This document shows positions 39,700 through 48,227 of a stretch of 64,000 bases of DNA, piece after piece. The notes under the pieces were generated by a model. It saw only the letters and a list, made by a program, of their open reading frames with translations. It searched no databases and was not told where the DNA came from. How positions within the stretch are numbered: position 1 is the first letter of the stretch; every line of letters begins with the position of its first letter. The DNA is from an uncultured bacterium (GTDB lineage Bacteria; Planctomycetota; UBA1135; GCA-002686595), in the NCBI GenBank assembly GCA_943787795.1, contig CALSNU010000002.1, forward strand, positions 576,001 through 640,000, in the 5' to 3' direction. Made by a program: the position numbers and the translations under genes.

Positions 39700-40170
39700 C
39701 TACTGGACCCGCTTGTGCACGGCGACCGTGAACTGGGTCCCCGGCTCGCTGACGAGCTTGGTCGGGCGCGCCTCGCCCGGCGCCCCGAAGCTGATGGTCA
39801 GCCGGTCACCATCCACCTGGTAGATGCCCTTCAGCGTGCCCCCCTCGAAGCGCCCGTTGGCGACGAACTCGTCCATGCTCCTCGGGGTCGTCGCCGTGTC
39901 GACCGTGTACGCCCCTCGGATCGTCGTGCCGCTCATGGGCTCGATGCTGTACTCGCGGGCGCCGATATGGCGCACCGCCCCCTCGAGGTGATCGAGGTCG
40001 ATATCCACGCCGCCCCGGTTGATCTGGAGGAGCAGCCAATCGCCCACGATCGCGGGATCTCCGCCCTGGGGTGTGGTGGGATCCTCTGCGACTTTCGGGC
40101 TCCCGCAGCTGGCGAACAGAGCGATAAAGGAGAGGCCAGTGGCGGCTGCGCGCAATGGTGATCTCGTCAC
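39700..40170 (-). CDS. TIGR03067-like planctomycete lipoprotein
   Basis: Lipobox FASC, G.W, GIYQVDGDRLTI and RPT. Confidence 0.8.
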   Translation of the reverse strand: MTRSPLRAAATGLSFIALFASCGSPKVAEDPTTPQGGDPAIVGDWLLLQINRGGVDIDLDHLEGAVRHIGAREYSIEPMSGTTIRGAYTVDTATTPRSMDEFVANGRFEGGTLKGIYQVDGDRLTISFGAPGEARPTKLVSEPGTQFTVAVHKRVQ

Positions 40171-40476
40171 TTGTATAGATGGGCTCCACGGGAGCTGAGG
40201 TAGGGCAAGAGCGGGCTACGCTGCTTCGATTGGAAGCAGTGGGCATCAGCCAACCGACGATACCCGGGCACATGGCGGCTGACGAGTCCGTGACGCACAA
40301 CCCAAGTCCCCCTAGGAGTGGACGTGAGGGAGTCGTCGGGCCCGCGGGCCCGACTAGGGTGATGACTTGAAGGCTGATTGGTGCGAGCCGCGGAGAGGCT
40401 GGCGCCGGGGCCTAGGCGACGGGTCTTGTCGTCAGGGAGATCGTGCTCGAAGGGCCCGAAGGTCGAGAGTACTTCC

Positions 40477-42300
40477 CTAGTCCGCCGCGGATGGAGCCCA
40501 CAAGTCGATCGCCCGCCCCCCAAGCTCGAGGCGCTCTACGAGCCTGAATCGATCGAGCGCATTCGCGTGATCGCGGCCGAACCGGTCCAGAAACGCCGCG
40601 AGCGGCGGCGGGGCCTGACGGGCACCATCGAGATCGTCGGAGAACGCGAGGAACCAGCATGAGAAGAGCTCTTCCTCGGTAAATCGACTCAGGAGAGCGT
40701 CGGTGAACGCCCCGTTATCTGGCGTGACCACGGGCCATGGGGCGAGCGGCGGTCGGCCACCAAGGAGGATCGGCGCCATCTGGACTCGATAGGTCAGGTC
40801 AATGACGATCGGGCGCTCCTCGAGGTCACCAGTGAACGCGTGTCTGCGTACTGCCCGACAGAACCTAGCGGAGTTCGCCGCGAGGAGGAGTCGGTCGGTC
40901 TCGGTGACAGCAACCTCCTCCCTCGCCACGAAGAGACTGCCCTCGATGGCCCAGGGGTAAAGGGCGGTCAGGCTCGAACCCAGGGCGGTCATGATCGCTG
41001 CGGAGGCTATGAGTTGTCGTCGAGCCCAGCGCCCGAGTCCGTCTGGGGAGAGGGTAGAGGCGAGGAATGCTGCGGGGAGCGCCAGCATCATTCCAGGGCT
41101 ACGGAGGCCGCCTTGGAGGCTGAATGCCGAGCCGAATACCAGGGCGAAGGGGGCGGCGGCCAAGGTGATGACCGCCGTACACCTGAGTGCTTCTAGGCGT
41201 AGGTGCCTGAGCGCGGCGAGGCAGAAAACGAGGTGGAGGTTGAAGCCGGTCAGGAGTGAGGCCCACAGTTCGCCCTCTGAGGCTCCTCGACCCAGGAGAA
41301 GTGACGCCGTCACGCTGGCGGTCGCGACAGGCGGCAGCCATCGCATAGCGACCTGGATCAACCGAGGACTCCTCTGCCCTCCACCCCGGAGGTACTCGGA
41401 CGCGGCGTCGGTCGCCAGGTAGACCGTGGCGGGGTAGATCAGGAAGACCGCATTCTTCAGGCAGTAGAAGGAGTACTTGATGTAGTTCTTCAGCAGGAGG
41501 GGGAAGTCGAGGACCGACTGCTCCAATCCGTGCGTGTCGCTTTCCAAGTAAAGCTGTTGCCCGGCGCTCATACTGTGCCAGATGTGGCTGGTGCTGCCTG
41601 TTACCAGCTCGAAGCCAAGGAGGAACACGAGCATCCCTGCTGTCCAACCAGCGGCCACGCGAACCAAGTTGACGATGTGCCGGCCTTTAGGGCTGGCAGC
41701 GACGACCGCCGTTGGTGCGATCAGTGCCAGGGCAAGGGCGGTGGTACCCTTCGAGATTAGGATTGGAATCAGGAACAGGCCCCCGAGGGCGGCGAGGAGA
41801 GGCACTGCCCGGTGGTACGTCTCAGGTCGACCTTCCCCCAGGGTCCGGAGGAGCGTCGCGATGAAGAGGATCGTGCAGACTAGGTTGACGCTGTTGTAGC
41901 TGGGGTCCAAGACGCCGCGATGGAAAGCACCCATGCACGCCAGAGACGTGAGAGGGACTATGGCGCTCCGTCGGAGGCTTGGGCTGGCGATGCGCTGGAT
42001 GGAGGTCCCGAGCACCGCTCCTGCTCCAATGACGGCGATGACATTGAGGTATCGGTTGATCACGATCCCGTGATCGCCGACGGTGGAGTTCCACACTAAC
42101 CCGAAGTGAGTGAAGGTCGCCTCGAGGTCCAACGGGTGGCGAATCTGAATTAGGTACGCGGCCTGATCATGCAGGTCAAGACCGATACGGGCGGAGAGCG
42201 CGAGGATTGACGCGTACAGAGCGAGGCACGCAAGGAGAGTCGCAGTTGGTGCCAGCAACTCCAGCTTCTTCTTCACGGGGGTGTTCATCGGTGGACTCAC
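40477..42300 (-). CDS. Polytopic membrane protein, putative GT-C/GtrC-like glycosyltransferase
   Basis: GLDLHDQAAYL first-loop acidic motif, PSYN, more than 10 TM segments, atypical codon usage. Confidence 0.6.
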   Translation of the reverse strand: MSPPMNTPVKKKLELLAPTATLLACLALYASILALSARIGLDLHDQAAYLIQIRHPLDLEATFTHFGLVWNSTVGDHGIVINRYLNVIAVIGAGAVLGTSIQRIASPSLRRSAIVPLTSLACMGAFHRGVLDPSYNSVNLVCTILFIATLLRTLGEGRPETYHRAVPLLAALGGLFLIPILISKGTTALALALIAPTAVVAASPKGRHIVNLVRVAAGWTAGMLVFLLGFELVTGSTSHIWHSMSAGQQLYLESDTHGLEQSVLDFPLLLKNYIKYSFYCLKNAVFLIYPATVYLATDAASEYLRGGGQRSPRLIQVAMRWLPPVATASVTASLLLGRGASEGELWASLLTGFNLHLVFCLAALRHLRLEALRCTAVITLAAAPFALVFGSAFSLQGGLRSPGMMLALPAAFLASTLSPDGLGRWARRQLIASAAIMTALGSSLTALYPWAIEGSLFVAREEVAVTETDRLLLAANSARFCRAVRRHAFTGDLEERPIVIDLTYRVQMAPILLGGRPPLAPWPVVTPDNGAFTDALLSRFTEEELFSCWFLAFSDDLDGARQAPPPLAAFLDRFGRDHANALDRFRLVERLELGGRAIDLWAPSAAD

Positions 42301-42655
42301 TCTACCGCGAGCCCAACCTGTGGGGCACCGAGGCTAGCGTTGTGTCTGGATCCGAGGCTACACGGCGCCCGGTGATCGCTGCTTCGTCCGCCAAGACTCG
42401 CGTGATCTGGGTCGGGGACATCGTGTTCCCCGTGACGGTCTCGACGAGTGGGCGTTCACACTAGCTGGCTGGAGACCGACGAACCCTGCGGTCGATCTGA
42501 GTGGCGGCGTCTGGGCTTACAGGCTGGAGATACCCATCGTCCTCGCTTGGTTCGACCGCTTCGATGACTTGCTCGTCTGGCGCTTCCACCATCTTCGATA
42601 GGGGCACGCTGAATCAGAGGGTTGAGTCTTAGTGACCCGAGCGTGGGCTCGCATG

Positions 42656-43315
42656 TCACTCAGCTTGCCAGCCGAAGAGCCCGCCGTGCTTGGCCGCCCT
42701 GTGGCAGCGGATGCAGCTCTCCATCGCCCCCGCTCCTGTGACACGGCCGGCGGGGTCCACGGTGCCGAAGGCCCAGCCGTCCATCGTGTCGGGGGTGCCC
42801 TCGGGCAGGCGGAGCATGACGAAGAGGCCGCGAGAGGCGCCGGTCCGGTAGGTGAGCCCGTCGCGCTCGGCGAAGGGGATGTAGCCGTGGCTTGCGGCCA
42901 GCTCCCAGCCCGGGGTCGAGTGGGGGGAGGGCGCGTCCTCTCCCGCGTGGAGCACGGGGGTGAAGGCCTCCTTTATGAGCACGGTGAAGAGCGGGAGCTC
43001 CACCTCCTCCTCGGTGCCCAGCTTCATGTAAGGCCCGCCTTGGTTCGAGCGGAGCGCGTAGATCTTTGATCCGTGGCCGTCCTCGGCTTCCACCGTGGAG
43101 TGCAGCGCCCGGGCGGCCGGGGGCATCATGCAGAGGAACGGCGACCAGTTGAGGTGGGGCCCCACCACCGGTAACTCCGGGACCGAGCCCGCCGCGGCGC
43201 GGATCATCGCCTCGATGGCGCCGCTGGCACGCGCGGGCACGACCTCGTGCGCGCTGCACGCGCAGAGGAGGGCGAGCGCCGCGAGGCCGTGCGAGCGGCG
43301 GCGGGCGGGGCGCAC
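42656..43315 (-). CDS. Cytochrome P460-like lipoprotein
   Basis: Lipobox LCAC, TVLIKE, LFVM, GW.FG and C-terminal CIRCH. GTG start lies 1 bp after the upstream TGA. Confidence 0.65.
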   Translation of the reverse strand: MRPARRRSHGLAALALLCACSAHEVVPARASGAIEAMIRAAAGSVPELPVVGPHLNWSPFLCMMPPAARALHSTVEAEDGHGSKIYALRSNQGGPYMKLGTEEEVELPLFTVLIKEAFTPVLHAGEDAPSPHSTPGWELAASHGYIPFAERDGLTYRTGASRGLFVMLRLPEGTPDTMDGWAFGTVDPAGRVTGAGAMESCIRCHRAAKHGGLFGWQAE

Positions 43316-43316
43316 G

Positions 43317-44618
43317 TCAGGCTCGCTCGAAGAACCAGACGGCGGGCGTGCGCTTCGTCGGAGGATCGAACACGTCGATCTTCTGCTGGAGCTCACTGCG
43401 CGCCTTGCGGGTGGCATCGAGGCGATCCTTGAACTCCCCGTAGACGCGATCGAAGGCGGCTTCCCTCTCCTCGTCCGTCCTCGCCTTCTCCTCCTCGGCC
43501 TTGAACTCCTTGTTGAAGGCCTTGGAGACCACATCCTCGGCGGCCGAGGCGGCCTCGTGCTCGACGCGCAGTCGGGCGAGCTCTGCGGTCTGAGCGTCGT
43601 CGAGCGTGGGCGCCTCGGCGCGCCAGCGGGAGTAGCCGCCGACGATCAGGTCCAGGTCCCCGTCCTTGTCCCAGTCCGCGACCTCGGGATAGAGCCCCTC
43701 GACGGGCCCTGTGGGCGACGTGGGGAGCTCCTCGCCGCGGACCTGGAGCAGGGTGCGGGGCGCCGCGAAGCTCGGGGCTCCGCGCGTTCCCTTGTTGATG
43801 AGCAGGTAGACGCCGGCGATGCCGTCGGACCCGCCGAAGGTCCCGTAGACGAGATCCAGGTCGCCGTCGGCGTCCCAGTCCACGAGGCGTGGCGCGGTCA
43901 TCTTGGCCTTGTCCTCGAGGGGGACTCCACCGGCCATCACGCGCACGTTCTTGCCCGTGAAGCGAGGTTCCGACGGGGACCCCTCGTTCATCTGGACGTA
44001 GAGATGGCCCTCCTCATAGCTCCCCTGGATGAGATCCATGTCTCCATCGCCGTCCCAGTCCATGGCGACGGCGGAGATGCCCCGGAGGTTCCTGGGCTTC
44101 CCGTCGGGCATGGAGCGCCCGGTCGTGAGGTGTTGGTGGATGTCGAAGTCGTAGTAGTACGACACGAGCACGGACTCACCGGCGCCATCGAGCAGGCGCT
44201 CAGGCTCCGCGAAGCCCGCCTCGCTCCCCCAGCTCACGTGGGGCGAGCCGTCGAAGGTGGCGGAGAGGTAGTCCAGCTGCCCGTCGGCGTTGAGGTCCAC
44301 GAACTGTGAACCCATGCCGATGCATCACCAGTTGTTGAAGCTCAGCTGCTTCCCGTCGGTGCGCTCCATCGGCTTCTCTGGTCCCATCCCGTCCGCCGTG
44401 CGCCGCGACCAGGTCACGCGCCCGCTCAACCCGCCGAGGACCAGGTCCTGGATCCCGTCCCCGTCCACGTCGAAAGCGGCGGGCGAGGGATACATCTTCT
44501 TGTGGCCCATCTCGGCATCGCCGGCCATGAACTGGACGGGCGCCTTGAAGAGGATGAGTCCGTCGTCGGCATCCCCGGAGGGCGCCAGGGCCGCGAGGGC
44601 CAGGAGGATGTGAGTCAT
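43317..44618 (-). CDS. Secreted FG-GAP/VCBS-repeat protein, predicted selenoprotein (TGA 44325-44327 = Sec98, 433 aa)
   Basis: ORFs 44325..44618 and 43317..44315 are in one frame, joined by TGG-TGA-TGC-ATC-GGC-ATG. Only the first part has a signal peptide. Five D.D.DG..D repeats in total. Confidence 0.75.
44284..44320 (-). promoter_or_regulatory. Candidate bacterial SECIS hairpin
   Basis: UCGGC..GGGUUCAC-AGUUC-GUGGACCU..GCCGA. The apical loop begins after a 19-nt spacer from UGA, with G at loop position 2. Folded by eye. Confidence 0.6.
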
Positions 44619-44874
44619 GTTGAATCAGGTGGTGCGCGGGAAGATGAGGCGGGTCGACGGCTGCTCCATGGCTACCGACAATCTCCGTGGAGGTTGCCAG
44701 CAAGACCGGGGATTTGTTGGAGGAGAAAGCCACTGCGCGGCCCTCTGGGTCATGCGGAGGGGCCGCGACCGCGCCAGGGCCAGGGAGCCCAGGCTGACTC
44801 GCTGGTGCGTGGGGGCGACACGTGACCTCGCTTGGATCAAGTCGCCTTGACTGCCGGCAGCTCCTCGAGCGGAC

Positions 44875-46017
44875 CTAGGAGATCTTCTCGAGCACCCTCA
44901 GCGAGGACTCGATGACCCGGTCCTGGTGTGGCTCCAGCCCGAGCCACATCGGTAGGCGTACGAGGCGGCCTGCGAGCTCCTCGGTCGTGGCGATCTCCCC
45001 CGAGACCCTGCCAACCTCCTGACCCTTCGGAGCGCTGTGGAGCGGGATGTAGTGGAAGACCGTGAGGATGTCCTCTTCACCGCGCATGAGGTCGATGAAC
45101 CGATCCCGCCGTGCCCGGTCGGGCAGCAACAGGTAGTACATGTGGGCATTGTGAGAGCAGTGATCAGGAATGATCGGGCGACGGCACAGCTCCCCCTCTT
45201 CCGCTGCTGCGAAGGCCTCGTGGTACCGGTCCCAGATGGCCTTTCGCCGACGGGTGATCTCGTCGGATTCCTCCAGTTGAGCCCAGAGATACGCGGCGAT
45301 CAGATCGCTGGGCAGATAGGACGAGCCCACGTCCACCCAGGTGTACTTGTCGACCTGACCCCTGAAGAACGCGCGTCGGTTCGTCCCCTTCTCCCGGACG
45401 ATCTCGGCGCGTAGCGCGAGCTCGGGATCTCGGACAAGCAGCGCCCCCCCCTCGCCCGAGATGATGTTCTTGGTCTCGTGGAATGAGAGCGTCCCCAGGT
45501 CTCCCAGGCTCCCGAGTGGCTTCCCTCGATAAGTCGACCCGAAGCCCTGTGCAGCGTCCTCGATCACGGCGATGCCGTGGTCGCTCCCCACCCGCATGAT
45601 CTCGTCCATCTCGCAGCTCACGCCTGCGTAGTGGACAGGGACGATGCACTTGGTCTGAGGGGTGATGGCGGCCTCAACGAGCTCCTCGTTCAGGTTTAGC
45701 GTGTCCGGACGAATGTCAACGAAGACCGGCGTCGCTCCCAGCTTGGCGAACGCGTTGGCCGTTGAGACGAAGGTGTAGCTGGGCAGGATGACCTCATCGC
45801 CCGGGCTGATGTCTACGAGGATCGCCGACATCTCTAGCGCAGCCGTGCAGGAGTGAGTGAGCAGCGATCGGGCGATCCCGAACTGCTGCTCCATGAACGC
45901 CTCGCACTTGCGGCTGAACAGGCCGTCCCCCGCGAGGTGCCCCTGGAGGTGGGCCTCCGAGATGTATTGGAGCTCCTTGCCCGTCATGAATGGGCGATTG
46001 AAGGGGATGGTCTCCAT
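44875..46017 (-). CDS. rffA: dTDP-4-amino-4,6-dideoxygalactose transaminase (DegT family)
   Basis: IPFNRP, LLTHSCTAALEM, PSYTFVSTANAF, SFHETKN, REKGTNR..F.RGQVDKYTW and VFHYIPLH. Confidence 0.92.
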   Translation of the reverse strand: METIPFNRPFMTGKELQYISEAHLQGHLAGDGLFSRKCEAFMEQQFGIARSLLTHSCTAALEMSAILVDISPGDEVILPSYTFVSTANAFAKLGATPVFVDIRPDTLNLNEELVEAAITPQTKCIVPVHYAGVSCEMDEIMRVGSDHGIAVIEDAAQGFGSTYRGKPLGSLGDLGTLSFHETKNIISGEGGALLVRDPELALRAEIVREKGTNRRAFFRGQVDKYTWVDVGSSYLPSDLIAAYLWAQLEESDEITRRRKAIWDRYHEAFAAAEEGELCRRPIIPDHCSHNAHMYYLLLPDRARRDRFIDLMRGEEDILTVFHYIPLHSAPKGQEVGRVSGEIATTEELAGRLVRLPMWLGLEPHQDRVIESSLRVLEKIS

Positions 46018-46104
46018 CGGTTGCTTCTTAGTAGGCAGGCAGAGGTCTGTTTGTGGGGCGGCAGCTTGGGCCATCGGTGGTGCCCATTCTTCAGCCGTTG
46101 ACTC

Positions 46105-47076
46105 TTAGTCGTCAGAGACCATGTAGGTCGGGGCGCCAGAGGAGCGGCCGTGAATTCGACCGATGTACTCGCCGATGACACCGAGCGAGAATAGCTGCGC
46201 TCCGGAGAAGATTGAGATGACCGAGGCGAGGAACGGGAATCCAGGGACGGCGCTGCCATCAAGGAGGACACGGCTGACGACGTAGAGAAGGGTCAGAAGC
46301 CCAACAGCGGAGAGGGCCAGGCCGATGAAGGTGGCGAACTGGAGAGGAAGCGTGGAGAAACCCGTCATCATGTTCATCGCGTGCTTGATCAGCTTCGGCA
46401 CCGTGTAGCCCGAGTTCCCATGGGCTCGCGGCTCATGGCGCGCGATGACGAAATCGAAGGAAGCGGTGCCCCAGGTGAGGAGGACATCGATGTTGACGTT
46501 CGGGCCCTTGAAGTCGCCGAACGCGTCCCGCAGATCTGTTCGGAAGATTCTCCATGCGCTCACCCGTGCCGCAGCCTCGGCGCCCATGCCCGAGGAGAGC
46601 ACCCACTTGGTGATCCGCGATGCGAGCCCACGGGCTAGCCCGTGGGGCTGTGACGCGGGGGCGATGTAGAGGACATCAGTGCTCTTGCCGAATGCCTCGA
46701 GCAGCTCCGGGATCTTCTGTGGAGCGTGCTGGAGGTCATCGTCCATCGTCATGCAGATGGAGCCTTGCGCTGCCCGGATGCCGCAGAGGAGTGCCGCGTG
46801 TTGACCGTAGTTCCGGGCGAGCCGGATGCCGTGGATGTCGTCCTGCTCGCTGGCCAATTGTTGGATGATGGACCACGATCCGTCTGGCCCTCGATCCTCC
46901 ACGAAGACAATCTCAAAGCGCTGCTCTATCGACTCGAATGCGGACTCGATCCGATGCGAGAGCTCGCGGAGGGACGCCTCCGCGTTGTAGACCGGAATCA
47001 CCACGCTCACGAGATCGTTATCAAGAGGATTGGTGTTGGAGGAATTCAAGGTCATCGCCTTCGAGCACCGGTTCAA
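46105..47076 (-). CDS. GT2 polyprenol-phosphate glycosyltransferase (GtrB/ArnC-like)
   Basis: SVVIPVYN, RNYGQHAA, MDDDLQH and two C-terminal TM helices + GEYIGR. Start may be ATG 47055. Confidence 0.9.
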   Translation of the reverse strand: MNRCSKAMTLNSSNTNPLDNDLVSVVIPVYNAEASLRELSHRIESAFESIEQRFEIVFVEDRGPDGSWSIIQQLASEQDDIHGIRLARNYGQHAALLCGIRAAQGSICMTMDDDLQHAPQKIPELLEAFGKSTDVLYIAPASQPHGLARGLASRITKWVLSSGMGAEAAARVSAWRIFRTDLRDAFGDFKGPNVNIDVLLTWGTASFDFVIARHEPRAHGNSGYTVPKLIKHAMNMMTGFSTLPLQFATFIGLALSAVGLLTLLYVVSRVLLDGSAVPGFPFLASVISIFSGAQLFSLGVIGEYIGRIHGRSSGAPTYMVSDD

Positions 47077-47480
47077 GGGCCTTCTTTGGTATGGACTTGG
47101 AAGACCCAGTACTTCTGTCCAACGTACATGATCACGGCACAGGAGATGATCGTGATGGCCTGGGCGATGACGTGGTTCATGCCGACTTCATCGACCAGCC
47201 CGAGATGGATCAGGAGGGCCACCGCATACCCGGATGCGTAGAGCATGACGAAGCGAGGCAGTGTCGCGGCGTTCCGGCTACGGCCTCCGAAGGTCCAGGA
47301 TCGGTTGCCCAGGTAGGCAAAGGCGAGGCCTGCGACGTAGGCGATTGTCATCGCCCAGGTGTGGCTCCCGAGGGCTGGCTCAAGGACAAGATAGCCAGCG
47401 AAGCCCAGAGCATTCTGAGCGAGTCCAACCGCCCCAAATCTCAGGACGCGGGTGAACTCGTCCGTTGCGCCGAGTCTCAT
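47073..47480 (-). CDS. GtrA family flippase
   Basis: RFGAVG, NRSWTF, RF...Y and KYWVF, with 4 TM segments. Confidence 0.88.
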   Translation of the reverse strand: MRLGATDEFTRVLRFGAVGLAQNALGFAGYLVLEPALGSHTWAMTIAYVAGLAFAYLGNRSWTFGGRSRNAATLPRFVMLYASGYAVALLIHLGLVDEVGMNHVIAQAITIISCAVIMYVGQKYWVFQVHTKEGP

Positions 47481-47511
47481 TGGAGCGTTCTCGCTCGGGA
47501 TTGCAGTGCAG

Positions 47512-47922
47512 TCACGGCCGACTCGGGGAGGGGCGATCGATCAATATGAATGGAACACCGCAGCGCTCGAAGAGCGCCTGGCTCCCCACGTTGTCGCGCA
47601 GAATCTTCGCCTTGGCATCAGGGAAGCGCCTGACAATCTCTCGGAGCATCTTCGCGCCAATGCCTCGCTTCTTGAATTCTGGATTGGTGCAAATCCGGAT
47701 ATCGTTCTCCACCACGCCCGCGTAGCCGACGGGCTCTCCTTCGGAGAGACAGACGATGTAGCTCGCCGCGTGAGCCTCCATGTAAAGCTGTTGGTCAGCT
47801 TCGGAGAATGAGCCCTGGTCGAGGAAACCCGCCCGGTTGGAGGGGTGCAGCCGCATCCTGCGGATCGGCTCGTAGTGCTCGGGCTTCACGTCCGAGATTG
47901 TGAGGGGGGGCTGTTGGCTCAT
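47512..47922 (-). CDS. GNAT family N-acetyltransferase
   Basis: VGY, P.FKKRGIG and N.GSQALFE.CG motifs. Confidence 0.8.
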   Translation of the reverse strand: MSQQPPLTISDVKPEHYEPIRRMRLHPSNRAGFLDQGSFSEADQQLYMEAHAASYIVCLSEGEPVGYAGVVENDIRICTNPEFKKRGIGAKMLREIVRRFPDAKAKILRDNVGSQALFERCGVPFILIDRPSPSRP

Positions 47923-48227
47923 TGCGACATTGGAGGAGAGTTCGCCTTCTTCACCATCTCTCAGTGCCCTCGGCGACGGGCCAGCAGTATTGATGGCCAG
48001 GCACCTCTTGAACCGTGCTCGATTCCTGGCCCGGAGGTCCGGATGAAGGGCGAATGCCCCTCTGGCCGGGCATGCTAGCCTCACCCGCGGGGGCGTGAGT
48101 GCACCGCCCTGAACAGGGCAATCGACCGTCATACTCTATCTGTGCTCCGGCGTTGAGCCCGCCGAATTCGTCCCTCCCGAAGTGGTCCATCAACCCAGAC
48201 AGCCGAGAGCGTTGGCGCCGGTCGATC

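Noticed and set aside
42300..42655. ncRNA or IS remnant in the AT-richer intergenic gap
   Set aside because: No terminal inverted repeats, transposase fragment or recognisable RNA motif found by eye.
44325..44327. Genome-wide UGA reassignment (code 4/25)
   Set aside because: Many genes end in TGA at the expected family length and overlap the next start (e.g. ATGA junctions), so only site-specific recoding fits.
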